NCBI GenBank assembly: GCA_020632515.1
Contig: JACKFK010000004.1
Span: 64,068-128,067, forward strand
Direction of reading: 5' to 3'
DNA from: Candidatus Omnitrophota bacterium
Lineage (GTDB): Bacteria; Omnitrophota; Gorgyraeia; Zapsychrales; Zapsychraceae
DNA length: 64,000 nucleotides
Of the stretch, positions 9,329 to 19,447 are shown piece by piece. The translations under genes and the position numbers were made by a program. The notes beneath the pieces are model-generated. The model searched no databases. It had not been told where the DNA came from and saw nothing but the letters and a program-made list of their open reading frames with translations. How positions within the stretch are numbered: position 1 is the first letter of the stretch; each line of letters starts with the position of its first letter.

Positions 9329-10491
9329 AATATCGCTGCATATTTCTTTTAATCCTTCTTTCATTATTTTCATTTTTAATATTTCTTCCTCAAACAGTAT
9401 TTTCAGAAGAATTAAATATTCGTATTGCAGTTGCTAAGAAAATTGATAATTGTGTAATTGCTATTCGAGGAGGATATCAAATTATAGATTTGTCCAATGG
9501 TAAGGTTCTTGAGGACGCGCGAAAATTAGATCCCGCACGAGTAGTATTTCGAAACAACGGTATACATATCGGAAAGAGATTTTATCAGTTAAAGCGTGTT
9601 CGCATTGATCTGCAAAAAGATGTCGCGTTATTTGTTAATAATGTGAAAAAGCGTTACCGCGGATCAATTGATATTATTGGAGATCCTAAAGACGGATTAA
9701 CAATAATTAATAGTTTGGATCTTGAGACGTATATTAAAGGAGTTCTTTATCATGAAGTTTCGCATAAATGGCCATTGGAGGCGATGCAGGCGCAGGCCGT
9801 GGCCACGCGAACTTACGCTTTATATCAAATGAAAAAGAATGCGAAAATGTCATTTGATGTGACCAGTGACATTTATTCTCAGGTTTATGGCGGACGCAGT
9901 GCGGAACGATATCGTACGAATTTAGCCGTGGAAAGAACTAACGGGGAGGTTCTTTCCTTTAATGGGGAGGTTTTACCGGCATATTTTCATTCGAACAGCG
10001 GGGGGCATACGGAAGATGTAAGTGAATTATGGGAGCATGATTTACCACCTTTAAAAGGCGTGAAGGATGAGTTTGCGCAGTCAGCGCCGAGTTATCAATG
10101 GAAGAAGAATTTTAAATCCAGTGATATTCAAAATAAATTAAATCAGCATGGATTTAATCTTGGGCTTATTAAAGAAATTCGAGTCGTTGAGCGAAATAAA
10201 AGCGGACGGATTCGGAATCTCGAAATTCTTACGCGTGACGGTAAATCCAAAATTATTTCTGGAAAGAAATTTCGAGAAATTATCGGACCTAACGAGATTC
10301 GCAGCAATATGTATGATGTTGTGATGAAGGGTTATTATTTTGATCTTATTGGAAAAGGTTGGGGGCACGGGGTGGGGATGTGTCAGTGGGGAGCGTATAC
10401 GATGTCGCAGCAGCGATATAATTATGAAGAAATTTTAAAGTACTACTATCCTGGAGTAGAAATTGTAAAAGTAGGTTATGACTATGAATAA
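9313..10491 (+). CDS. SpoIID/LytB-domain protein (peptidoglycan amidase enhancer family)
   Basis: Signal peptide, AVATRTYAL, YFHSNSGGHTEDV and GWGHGVGMCQWGA motifs. Confidence 0.85.
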   Translation: MESSLKYRCIFLLILLSLFSFLIFLPQTVFSEELNIRIAVAKKIDNCVIAIRGGYQIIDLSNGKVLEDARKLDPARVVFRNNGIHIGKRFYQLKRVRIDLQKDVALFVNNVKKRYRGSIDIIGDPKDGLTIINSLDLETYIKGVLYHEVSHKWPLEAMQAQAVATRTYALYQMKKNAKMSFDVTSDIYSQVYGGRSAERYRTNLAVERTNGEVLSFNGEVLPAYFHSNSGGHTEDVSELWEHDLPPLKGVKDEFAQSAPSYQWKKNFKSSDIQNKLNQHGFNLGLIKEIRVVERNKSGRIRNLEILTRDGKSKIISGKKFREIIGPNEIRSNMYDVVMKGYYFDLIGKGWGHGVGMCQWGAYTMSQQRYNYEEILKYYYPGVEIVKVGYDYE

Positions 10492-11131
10492 AAGTGTTAA
10501 AAAAATATTTATTGCCTTGGTATATTTTTTCGTTTTGGTTTCATCAGGTATAGCACAAGAAGAGCTTCTTAACTCAGAAGATGAAAAATCCGGGCAGGAT
10601 ATTTTTGTTAATATGGCAATTGAACCAGAATTATTTGGTATTCCTATTGGAAGCACAGTGGATATTTTAGAAGATAAATTTATCCGGTTATATCAACATA
10701 CGTTGCCGAATGGGGAAATCCTGCACGAAAGCTGCAATCAAGAGTTGTTAGAAGTTTTTACGTTTGTAGAGGAGTCTTGGTCGCTGGGGTACATTAGTTA
10801 CATGGCTGTAAGAAAAGTGGATGATATAAATATCTGCCGTGATGCCGATGGAGAACTGCCGGATTATGGCATTATGCCGGAAACACCGCGTGGCATTGGT
10901 CTTGGCGATTCACGCGAAAAGATTATTGAACAATATGGATTAGCTGATGAAGAAAATGAATTGCCTGACCATTCTGTTATTTTAGCTTATGTAGATACTT
11001 ATAAAGAAAGTTCTGTTGAGAATATGATTTTGCATTTTCGTTTGGTCGATAATATTGTGGTAGCTTTTTCCCTTGCCGCTGATCTGCCTGGAGCAAAGAA
11101 ACCCTGGGATACGCATGAAAACATTCAATAG
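10478..11131 (+). CDS. Hypothetical secreted protein
   Basis: N-terminal signal-like hydrophobic segment and an acidic sequence; no family recognised. Confidence 0.5.
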   Translation: MTMNKSVKKIFIALVYFFVLVSSGIAQEELLNSEDEKSGQDIFVNMAIEPELFGIPIGSTVDILEDKFIRLYQHTLPNGEILHESCNQELLEVFTFVEESWSLGYISYMAVRKVDDINICRDADGELPDYGIMPETPRGIGLGDSREKIIEQYGLADEENELPDHSVILAYVDTYKESSVENMILHFRLVDNIVVAFSLAADLPGAKKPWDTHENIQ

Positions 11132-12137
11132 TTTTGATTTGGCTCAATATAATTTTGAGTTGCCATCCGAGCTAATCGCGCAGTATCCTTTAACCAATCG
11201 TGCGCAAGCTAAAATGATGGTGGTCGATCGTGAGCGGCAAATGGTTTCGCATGACATTTTTGCGAATATTGATCAATATCTTCCGCCGGAAAGTATGATT
11301 GTTCTTAATGACAGTAAAGTGGTGCCAGCGCGGTTGTTGGCAAAACGCGCCAGCGGAGGAGAAGTAGAAATCTTTCTTTTAAAAAAACTTGCAGACGGAT
11401 TTTCCTATGAAGTTTTAATGCGGCCGTTGAAAAGATTAAAAGAAGGTGAAGTTATTCATTTTAACGATGAACTTAACGTTGAAATCATTGATAAGGAAAA
11501 ACGGATCGTTAGATTTAATCGGCAAGATATAAATAAATTTCTTTATAAAATTGGACATATACCCTTGCCGCCGTATATCCGGCGAGCGGATGAGGGTATG
11601 GATCACGAATATTATCAAACTGTTTATGCGCAACACGAAGGGTCGGTGGCATCTCCAACGGCTGGACTGCATTTTACTCAGGAGCTTCTTAAAGAGTTGC
11701 AGCAAAGTAAGCATGAGTTTGAAAACGTCACGCTACACATCAATTATGCGACATTTAAATCGGTAGAGGTTGAGGATATTCGAAAGCATCCCATGCACAC
11801 CGAGGAGTTTAGGATAGCCGAAAATACTTATCAAAACATCATCAACGCGCGAAAGCACGGGCGTAAAGTTATTGCAGTGGGAACTACTAGCTGCCGGGTG
11901 TTGGAATCTGCCGCGAATTTAAAAAAATTAACTGGCGAAACAAATCTGTTTATTTATCCAGGCTATACCTTTAGAATGGTGGATATTTTGGTTACTAATT
12001 TTCATCAGCCGCTCAGCACTTTATTGATGTTAGTACACGCGTTTGGCGGCAGAGAATTGATGAAACACGCGTATCAGGAGGCGATTGATCAGAAATATCG
12101 TTTTTTTAGTTACGGCGATGGGATGATTATTATTTAA
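11115..12137 (+). CDS. queA: S-adenosylmethionine:tRNA ribosyltransferase-isomerase
   Basis: FDLAQYNFELPSELIAQYP N-terminus, IPLPPYI, VASPTAGLHFT and VGTTSCR motifs. I chose the internal ATG at 11115 because the QueA homology begins there. Confidence 0.9.
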   Translation: MKTFNSFDLAQYNFELPSELIAQYPLTNRAQAKMMVVDRERQMVSHDIFANIDQYLPPESMIVLNDSKVVPARLLAKRASGGEVEIFLLKKLADGFSYEVLMRPLKRLKEGEVIHFNDELNVEIIDKEKRIVRFNRQDINKFLYKIGHIPLPPYIRRADEGMDHEYYQTVYAQHEGSVASPTAGLHFTQELLKELQQSKHEFENVTLHINYATFKSVEVEDIRKHPMHTEEFRIAENTYQNIINARKHGRKVIAVGTTSCRVLESAANLKKLTGETNLFIYPGYTFRMVDILVTNFHQPLSTLLMLVHAFGGRELMKHAYQEAIDQKYRFFSYGDGMIII

Positions 12138-12138
12138 T

Positions 12139-13275
12139 ATGTTTGAATTGCATAAAACCGATAAAAATACTAAAGCCAGACGGGCAACTCTGTCAACAGC
12201 GCATGGGCCGATTCAGACGCCGTTTTTCATGCCGGTGGGAACAACGGCCACGCTTAAATCTTTAACATTTGAAGATCTCAACGATTGTCAGGCCCAGATT
12301 GTTTTATCAAATACATACCACCTGTATTTGCGTCCTGGTATGGAGGTGATTGAATCGTTTGGCGGACTGCATGGATTCATGAATTGGGATAAACCGATTT
12401 TGACTGACAGCGGCGGGTATCAGGTTTTTAGTTTGGCTAAACTCCGTAAGATTAAAGAAGAAGGGGTTGAGTTTCAATCACATTTAGATGGTTCGCGGCA
12501 TTTTTTTACACCGGAGAAAGTGATGGATATTGAAATGACTTTAGGTTCTGATATGATTATGCCGCTGGATGTTTGTGCCCCGTATCCGTGTGAAAAAAAG
12601 GAAGCGAAGGAATCTGTTGAACGGACAACGCAATGGGCCAGACGTACAAAAGATTATTTTTTAAAGAAACAGACTGAAGATAAAAAACAATATTTATTCG
12701 GTATTATTCAAGGTGCTATTTTTAAAGATTTAAGGGAACAATCCGCTAGAGAAATATTAGATATTGGTTTTGATGCTTATGCCATCGGCGGCGTGAGTGT
12801 TGGCGAACCAGTGAAAGATATGTTTGAAACATTGGCTTGGGTTGAGCCGCTTTTGCCAGTTAAGCAGCCACGGTATTTCATGGGAATTGGTTTACCGGAT
12901 CAAATTGTAAAAGCGGTAGGAATGGGGATTGATATGTTTGATACTTGTATTCCAACACGATATGGACGTCATGGGACGGCTTTTACTCATCAAGGACGAT
13001 TTATATTGCGTAACGCCGAACACCGATTTGATCAGGGACCGATTGAAAAAGGGTGTGAATGTTTGGTATGTCAGCGCTATTCTCGCGGATATATCCGTCA
13101 TTTAGCAAGTATCAATGAGTTGACAGCCTTGCGGTTAATTTCTTATCATAATCTTCATTTTTATATTCAATTAATGAAGGAAATTCGTTCAGCAGTTGAT
13201 AATGATAATTATGCGAATTTTCAAAAAGAATTTTTGTCAAATTATGGTTCTGAATTATCGGAGAATAATAAATGA
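12139..13275 (+). CDS. tgt: Queuine tRNA-ribosyltransferase
   Basis: TPFFMPVGT, LTDSGGYQVFS and the zinc site CECLVCQ...H. Adjacent to queA. Confidence 0.95.
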   Translation: MFELHKTDKNTKARRATLSTAHGPIQTPFFMPVGTTATLKSLTFEDLNDCQAQIVLSNTYHLYLRPGMEVIESFGGLHGFMNWDKPILTDSGGYQVFSLAKLRKIKEEGVEFQSHLDGSRHFFTPEKVMDIEMTLGSDMIMPLDVCAPYPCEKKEAKESVERTTQWARRTKDYFLKKQTEDKKQYLFGIIQGAIFKDLREQSAREILDIGFDAYAIGGVSVGEPVKDMFETLAWVEPLLPVKQPRYFMGIGLPDQIVKAVGMGIDMFDTCIPTRYGRHGTAFTHQGRFILRNAEHRFDQGPIEKGCECLVCQRYSRGYIRHLASINELTALRLISYHNLHFYIQLMKEIRSAVDNDNYANFQKEFLSNYGSELSENNK

Positions 13276-13949
13276 AATTACGTTTTGATATTATCACGAT
13301 TTTTCCAAATATTTTTAAACCAGTGATTAATGAATCTATTATTAAGAGGGCACAGGAAAAAAATAAAGTTGTGATTAAAGTTCATGATTTACGTGATTAC
13401 ACAGAAGATAAACATAAAAAAGTAGATGATCGCCCTTTTGGAGGTGGACCAGGAATGGTGATGAGTCTGCAACCAATTGTGGATGCGGTTCGAAAAATAA
13501 AAGGCCGGCGGAAAGTGAAAACAATACTGATGTGTCCTACGGGAAAACCATTAACACAAAAATTAGCTAAAAAATTGACAAATGATAAGAATTTTATTAT
13601 TATATGCGGTCATTATGAAGGTGTGGATGATCGTGTCCGAAAGCTGGTGGTGGATGAGAGTGTGTCGATCGGAGATTATATTTTAACAGGCGGCGAGCTT
13701 CCGGCTTTGGTTTTGATTGATTGTTTAACGCGGTTAGTACCAGGGGTTTTGGGCGCAAAAGATTCATTAAAAGATGAGTCTTTTGAATCTAATTTATTGG
13801 AATACCCACAATATACTAGGCCCGCAGATTTTCATGGCGTTAAAGTGCCAAATGTGCTATTATCTGGCAATCATCACGAGATTCAAAAATGGCGCACTGA
13901 ACAAGCAATAACCCGCACCAAAAAGAATCGACCCGATTTAATTAAATAA
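13272..13949 (+). CDS. trmD: tRNA (guanine37-N1)-methyltransferase
   Basis: FDIITIFPNIF, VDDRPFGGGPGMVM, ICGHYEGVDDRV and GGELPALVLID motifs. Confidence 0.93.
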   Translation: MKLRFDIITIFPNIFKPVINESIIKRAQEKNKVVIKVHDLRDYTEDKHKKVDDRPFGGGPGMVMSLQPIVDAVRKIKGRRKVKTILMCPTGKPLTQKLAKKLTNDKNFIIICGHYEGVDDRVRKLVVDESVSIGDYILTGGELPALVLIDCLTRLVPGVLGAKDSLKDESFESNLLEYPQYTRPADFHGVKVPNVLLSGNHHEIQKWRTEQAITRTKKNRPDLIK

Positions 13950-14009
13950 CTATATTGTAAAGATTTATAACTAATTTTAGTTAGTTAGCGTACTTAGGAG
14001 GATAAGACA

Positions 14010-14369
14010 ATGGCAGTTAATATTGGTGAAGCAATTAAGAAAATTGATGAAAAATACCGCAAAGAATTACCAGATTTCGATGTTGGTGATACAGTTAAAA
14101 TGAAAGTTAAGGTTCAGGAAGCTGATAAAGTTCGTCTGCATCCATTTGAAGGAACGGTTATACGAAAAACAGGCCGTGGAACTAAAGCCACATTCACTGT
14201 CCGCAAGATTTCTTTTGGTGAAGGCGTGGAAAGAATCTTTCCTATTCATTCACCGGTTATCGATAGCTTTACGGTTGTTAACAAAGGAATCACAAAACGA
14301 GCTAAGCTATATTATTTGAGAAATCGTGTAGGAAAAGCAGCGCGAGTTAAAAGAGAGCAGACACAGTAA
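14010..14369 (+). CDS. rplS: 50S ribosomal protein L19
   Basis: FDVGDTVKV-type N-terminus, FEGTVI and YYLR motifs, with strong RBS AGGAGG. It follows trmD. Confidence 0.95.
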   Translation: MAVNIGEAIKKIDEKYRKELPDFDVGDTVKMKVKVQEADKVRLHPFEGTVIRKTGRGTKATFTVRKISFGEGVERIFPIHSPVIDSFTVVNKGITKRAKLYYLRNRVGKAARVKREQTQ

Positions 14370-14435
14370 AGTGTTGTTATGAGTTGTATGTAATATTTTT
14401 AGAAATATAATTATCGATATTAAAAATATTCCCTT

Positions 14436-15101
14436 TTGACCCAAAATAAATCTTCCAATCAACGCGATCCTTTTATCGAAATTACTCATAGTGATGCGTT
14501 TACTTCTTTTAAATTATTAATTGGCATAGATGAAGCTGGTCGCGGTCCTTTAGCTGGCCCTGTCGTTGCTGCTGCTGTGGCGGTGCTGGACTATTCTTTT
14601 AAAAGTAAAATAGCTGATTCAAAAACAATTACAGCAAAACAGCGGGAACAGGCTTTTTTAGAGATTTTTGAAAAAGGTTATGTTGGTATTGGGATTATTA
14701 ATGAGGCTGTTATTGATCAGGTCAATATCCTTGAAGCAACGTATGTAGCAATGGCCACGGCGGTTCGTCAGTTATTAACAAAGATCCCTGGTGAAATGCT
14801 TTCAGAGATTGATGCTCCGCAAAAGATTTGCATGCTGGTGGATGGCAATCGGTTTAAGTCGGATTTACCGTATGTTTGTAAAACTATTGTTGGAGGAGAT
14901 CGAAAGAGTTTTTCAATCGCTTGTGCTTCAATTATCGCCAAAGTCACACGGGATCGTATTTTAGCGACGTATGATAAAGTTTTCCCCCAATACGGATTCA
15001 AAAAGCATAAAGGTTATCCAACAGCAGAACATCGTAAAGCTATTAAGACATTTGGTCCTTCCTTAATCCATCGTAAGTCATTTCAAATGCAAACAGTTTA
15101 A
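14436..15101 (+). CDS. rnhB: Ribonuclease HII
   Basis: GIDEAGRGPLAGPVVAAAV catalytic motif, DSK and ASIIAKVTRD. TTG start, so the start position is uncertain. Confidence 0.88.
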   Translation: MTQNKSSNQRDPFIEITHSDAFTSFKLLIGIDEAGRGPLAGPVVAAAVAVLDYSFKSKIADSKTITAKQREQAFLEIFEKGYVGIGIINEAVIDQVNILEATYVAMATAVRQLLTKIPGEMLSEIDAPQKICMLVDGNRFKSDLPYVCKTIVGGDRKSFSIACASIIAKVTRDRILATYDKVFPQYGFKKHKGYPTAEHRKAIKTFGPSLIHRKSFQMQTV

Positions 15102-15114
15102 GAGATATTAAGAC

Positions 15115-15513
15115 ATGAAAATTGAAGGAAAATTTTTATTAGATAGTGCGCAAGATTTAGGGCGGTGGGGAGAATCTGTGGCGAAAGATTTTCTTGCGCA
15201 ACAAGGGTATACGATTATTAAGCAAAATTATCGTAATCGATTTGGCGAGATTGATATTATCGCCAAAGAGAAGGAATATATTTGTTTTGTCGAGGTTAAA
15301 ACCCGCACAGCTGATTGGCAGGGGCATCCTTTGGAAGCGGTAACAGAATTTAAACAGAGAAAAATAATTAAAGTCGCCTTGGGATATTTATCGGATGAGG
15401 ATTTATTGGAGCATGATCTTCGTTTTGACATTGTATCAGTTATTCCATTAGAAGGGTGTTCTGCGGAAGTTGAGTTGTTGCAAAACGCTTTTGAGGTCGA
15501 TGAAAGCTTTTAA
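15115..15513 (+). CDS. YraN-family (UPF0102) endonuclease-like protein
   Basis: GEIDIIA...FVEVKTR motif. It follows rnhB, as in many bacteria. Confidence 0.8.
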   Translation: MKIEGKFLLDSAQDLGRWGESVAKDFLAQQGYTIIKQNYRNRFGEIDIIAKEKEYICFVEVKTRTADWQGHPLEAVTEFKQRKIIKVALGYLSDEDLLEHDLRFDIVSVIPLEGCSAEVELLQNAFEVDESF

Positions 15514-15661
15514 AAAAATTAATTTTTGAATAGGAAAAAGATAAGTAAGATATTGAAATATAAATTTCTTTCAGTTATGATAAATCTGCAATATCAAATA
15601 ACATTTAGCAATTATGTAATGATAAATCTCGACGAACGATAAGAACTGTCAGCATACTCAA

Positions 15662-16150
15662 GTGCCTCAGAAGAAACTCAAAAATCATACGCTTGATCAA
15701 TATTTAAAGATCCTATCTGAAAAGACCCCGACGCCAGGTGGCGGTTCTGTAGCGGCTCTGACAGGGGCGTTAGCGGTTGGTTTGATCAGTATGGTTGCTC
15801 AATATTCATTAGGAAAATCTAAAGATAAGGCTGTTGAGCGGAAGATTGCGAAGATACTTTCACAAAGTCAGAAAATCAGAGATCAGTTTTTGGAATTAGT
15901 GGATTTAGATGCGCAGGCTTATCAAAAAGTTGTGGCGGCGCGTCGATTATCAAAGAGTAAACAACGCACGGCTGCGCAGGCGGCGCGAAAAGTTCCAATA
16001 AAAATATGCCGGATATGTTATCAGGCTATCGATTTGACGCCATATTTAGTCGTATATGGCAATCAATATTTGCTCAGTGACATCAAGGTTGCGCTTGAGC
16101 TTTTAGAAGCAGCTTTTCAATCGGCGCAAGCATTAATAAATACAGAATAA
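15662..16150 (+). CDS. Cyclodeaminase/cyclohydrolase-family protein (FtcD C-terminal-like, folate-binding)
   Basis: PTPGGGSVAALTGALAVGLISMV motif. GTG start. Sits directly upstream of folD. Confidence 0.75.
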   Translation: MPQKKLKNHTLDQYLKILSEKTPTPGGGSVAALTGALAVGLISMVAQYSLGKSKDKAVERKIAKILSQSQKIRDQFLELVDLDAQAYQKVVAARRLSKSKQRTAAQAARKVPIKICRICYQAIDLTPYLVVYGNQYLLSDIKVALELLEAAFQSAQALINTE

Positions 16151-16209
16151 TCTAAAAATAATCGATGAATGTACTTGAATGTGAAAATCAAGTTAGTAGG
16201 GATGGAAGG

Positions 16210-17079
16210 ATGACGGCAAAAATACTTGATGGCAAAATAATTGCCCAAAGATTAAAGGATCAGTTAAAAGAAGAGGTCGATGTTTTAAAGAAAAAGCATG
16301 GGAGAGGCCCTCGGCTTGTCAATGTTATGATCGGAGATAATCACAGCGCATGTGCGTATGCGAATTCACAGAAGAAAGTGGCTGAATATATTGGAATTGA
16401 ATATGATTTATTAAACTTGTCAACCGAGATTACTCAAGAGGAATTTATCGAAGAAATTAAAAAACTTAATTCTGATTCAGCGGTCAATGGCATTATGATT
16501 CATAAACCAATTCCGGAACATATTGATTATAGTAAAGTTGCTGATTTTGTTGATATAAATAAAGATTTGGAAGGGATTAATGTCGCCAATATCGGGAAAA
16601 TGATTCTTGATCAGACGAAGATTATCCCTTGTACTCCGGCTTCATGCATGGAACATATTAGATCCTCGGGGATTAATTTGCGCGGAAAAGAAGCTGTTAT
16701 TGTAGGGCATAGTACAATTGTTGGAAAGCCTTTGAGTCTGCTTTTATTAAATGAATACGCGACTGTTACGGTATGTCATATAGCCACTAGTGAAGCTGGA
16801 AAATTAGTTGAACATATTCAAAAAGCGGATTTATTGGTTGTTGCTGTGGGTAAACCGGGATTAATTAAAGGAGATTGGATTAAGCCGGGAGCTGTGGTTA
16901 TTGATGTGGGGATTAATCGTGTGGATTCAAAAATTGTGGGGGATGTTGAATTTGATTCAGCAAAAAATAAAGCCGGGTATATCACGCCAGTTCCTGGCGG
17001 AGTTGGTCCGGTAACCGTAGTCATGTTAATGCGCAATGGCATAGAGGCGTTTAAAGTGCAAATTAGAGGAAAGGAATAA
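16210..17079 (+). CDS. folD: Bifunctional methylene-THF dehydrogenase / methenyl-THF cyclohydrolase
   Basis: ILDGK N-terminus, the Y..SQ.K active-site region, GHSTIVGKP and PVPGGVGPVTV. The ATG at 16210 matches where the homology starts. Confidence 0.92.
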   Translation: MTAKILDGKIIAQRLKDQLKEEVDVLKKKHGRGPRLVNVMIGDNHSACAYANSQKKVAEYIGIEYDLLNLSTEITQEEFIEEIKKLNSDSAVNGIMIHKPIPEHIDYSKVADFVDINKDLEGINVANIGKMILDQTKIIPCTPASCMEHIRSSGINLRGKEAVIVGHSTIVGKPLSLLLLNEYATVTVCHIATSEAGKLVEHIQKADLLVVAVGKPGLIKGDWIKPGAVVIDVGINRVDSKIVGDVEFDSAKNKAGYITPVPGGVGPVTVVMLMRNGIEAFKVQIRGKE

Positions 17080-17087
17080 TTTCATTA

Positions 17088-18404
17088 ATGAAAAGAGTTG
17101 TCATTATTGGGAATTCAATGGCCGGGGTTAAAGTTATACAAGAGCTTCTTACCGCTAGTAATGAGTTTAGTTTTACAATTATTTGCACGCAGGGAAAACT
17201 TCCGTGTAATCGTAATTTATTTCCAGAGTTTTTTAATAAAACAATTGCGCTAGACGATGTTTTTTATAAAACAGAGGCTTACTATCAAAAGCACAAAATC
17301 CAAATTATTAATGAAGCAAAAATTACCCGTGTTAATTTAAAACGAAAAAAGGTTTATTGCGACGATAAACAGCATTTGGATTATGATATTTTAATTTTTT
17401 CTGATACCCCAGACCATAAGTTTCCTGAAATTAAAGGAAATAATAAAAAAGGTTTATTTGGATTACGTAAATTAACAGATGTGCAACAAATTCAAGATGA
17501 ATTGCCCTTATGCGAAACGATTGCTATACAATCCAACAGTATGTATGGATTAAAAATAGCCTTAGCCTTGGCCGAGCGGAATAAAGAAGTTGTGCTGATT
17601 AGTTCACTAAAGGGAATAGGTGTTGATGGATTAGGTAATAATGATACTGGATGGATTTTAGATTGGCTTCGTAATAAAGGCGTGGCTATGATTTTAGAAA
17701 ACGAGATTGTTGAAGTCTTGGGAGACGGCTATGCGAAAGCGGTGCGGTTAAAATCTGGTAAAGTTTTAGCGAGTCAAATGGTATTATTTGAAAATATTTA
17801 TGAAGATTTTCGTTTTTTAAATGAAACAGACGTCATTGACGAAAATAAAATCAGGGTGAATGATTATTTTGAAACAAAAGTTAATGATGTATTTGCCCTC
17901 GATTGTGTGACCCAAACACCTGTGCAAAATTACGGAGATGTTCTGCCTGAGTTTTATTTAGAAGAACAAAGTCTTATGGTCAGTTCGAAATTGCTTAATA
18001 AAGAAAGGGAGGCTTATTGGCCTCAATTAAATCAGCGTATTTATCACAAAGAAGGTTCTCTGATTTTTTCAGGGGCGTTAAATCATACAAATTTTTTAGA
18101 GAAAAATGATAGTGAGAATAAGCGTTATCTCAAAGTATTTCTTTATAATGACCAGATTCAAGGGTATATTCTCATTAATGCTGACAGTGAAGAAGAGAAG
18201 ATTCAAAAGCTTATGCAGCAAGGTGTTACTCTCAGTCCAACAGATCAATTTGTCTTAGATTCACAATTGAGTTTTGAGCAAATTATAGATAAATTGCAGC
18301 AGGGATCTAAGATATCTGAAGAAATTCAAGCAGAATCAGCAGCTATTGTACCGGTGGGATCTCCACAACCAGATCCAATTCATCATGATATGGAAAACTC
18401 ATAG
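17088..18404 (+). CDS. Pyridine-nucleotide-disulfide-oxidoreductase-like protein with degenerate dinucleotide-binding motifs
   Basis: Two-Rossmann architecture, but GxGxxG is replaced by GNSMAG and SNSMYG. Confidence 0.55.
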   Translation: MKRVVIIGNSMAGVKVIQELLTASNEFSFTIICTQGKLPCNRNLFPEFFNKTIALDDVFYKTEAYYQKHKIQIINEAKITRVNLKRKKVYCDDKQHLDYDILIFSDTPDHKFPEIKGNNKKGLFGLRKLTDVQQIQDELPLCETIAIQSNSMYGLKIALALAERNKEVVLISSLKGIGVDGLGNNDTGWILDWLRNKGVAMILENEIVEVLGDGYAKAVRLKSGKVLASQMVLFENIYEDFRFLNETDVIDENKIRVNDYFETKVNDVFALDCVTQTPVQNYGDVLPEFYLEEQSLMVSSKLLNKEREAYWPQLNQRIYHKEGSLIFSGALNHTNFLEKNDSENKRYLKVFLYNDQIQGYILINADSEEEKIQKLMQQGVTLSPTDQFVLDSQLSFEQIIDKLQQGSKISEEIQAESAAIVPVGSPQPDPIHHDMENS

Positions 18405-18451
18405 ATAAGATTAATTAGAAATTTTTCTTGCCAAATAGGTTATTTTATTAT

Positions 18452-19297
18452 ATGCTTAATACCAGTTATAGGTTAACAAAAGCATTTCTAAGAGTAACAA
18501 CTCTTCAAATTTTCATATCAGTTATTACCTTTCAATCATCAGTTTCCGCGGATATCAAACAAGAAACAGCGCAACAGTATCACTCTCAAGGGTTTGCGGA
18601 TCAACAAAAAGGTAATTTAAATGATGCATTAACCAACTATAATAAAGCCATATCATTAGGTTTTGAAAGTCCAGAGCTTTTCAATGATATGGGGATTCTT
18701 TATGAGCAGATTGATTTACGAACAAAGGCTGAAGAGAATTATTTAAGAGCTATTCAAATAAATAAAAATTTCTTGCCTGCCTATATGAATTTAGCATATT
18801 TTTATAAGAAATTAGGCATGAAAGAAAAAGCCTTCAAATTTTTTAAATTGAGATTTGAATTAGCAGAGTTAGATGATCCTTGGGCGAATAAGGCAAAAGA
18901 GGAGCTTTTAGCTATTCGTCCAGAATATCAGGCTTGGGCTGTTCATTTAGAAGCAGATCGATTGAATCAATTAATGACAAAAAAAGCGCATGAGGATTTC
19001 TTAGAGAATATTAAAAAATCCAATGCGTATTATCAATCTGGCAGCGTTTTATTTGATGAAGGAAAATTTAATCTTGCCATAGGTGAATTTGACCGGGCAT
19101 TGCATATTTCACCAGGAAATCCAAAAGTGATTAAGGCACGCGATAAGGCTTTGAAGGCGTTAGCTAAACAGAATGTAAAGGAATTAAGCGCACAGGCAAT
19201 TGATTTGATAAATGCAGGCGACACAAAATCCGCTAAAGGAGAAATTCAGAAGTTACTCACCACAATTCCAAACGAACCGTTATTAAATTCCAATTAA
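18452..19297 (+). CDS. Secreted TPR-repeat protein
   Basis: Signal peptide ending SVSA|D and several TPR-like units (A..Y..AI...P). The ATG at 18452 is preferred over the upstream TTG. Confidence 0.7.
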   Translation: MLNTSYRLTKAFLRVTTLQIFISVITFQSSVSADIKQETAQQYHSQGFADQQKGNLNDALTNYNKAISLGFESPELFNDMGILYEQIDLRTKAEENYLRAIQINKNFLPAYMNLAYFYKKLGMKEKAFKFFKLRFELAELDDPWANKAKEELLAIRPEYQAWAVHLEADRLNQLMTKKAHEDFLENIKKSNAYYQSGSVLFDEGKFNLAIGEFDRALHISPGNPKVIKARDKALKALAKQNVKELSAQAIDLINAGDTKSAKGEIQKLLTTIPNEPLLNSN

Positions 19298-19447
19298 GAG
19301 AATTTACAAATAAATCTCATAAGAAAAGCAATTTGATTAAGACGATAGATTAATGGGATTCATCAATCGCGATGAAGTTTTTAAATAAATTAGAATACAA
19401 AATATTGACGATATGATTTTAATGTTTAGCTTTTATGTAATAAGGGT

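Noticed and set aside
14392-14430. 10-bp inverted repeat AATATTTTTA / TAAAAATATT after rplS
   Set aside because: The stem is exclusively A-T in AT-rich intergenic DNA and could arise by chance. It is not convincing as a terminator.
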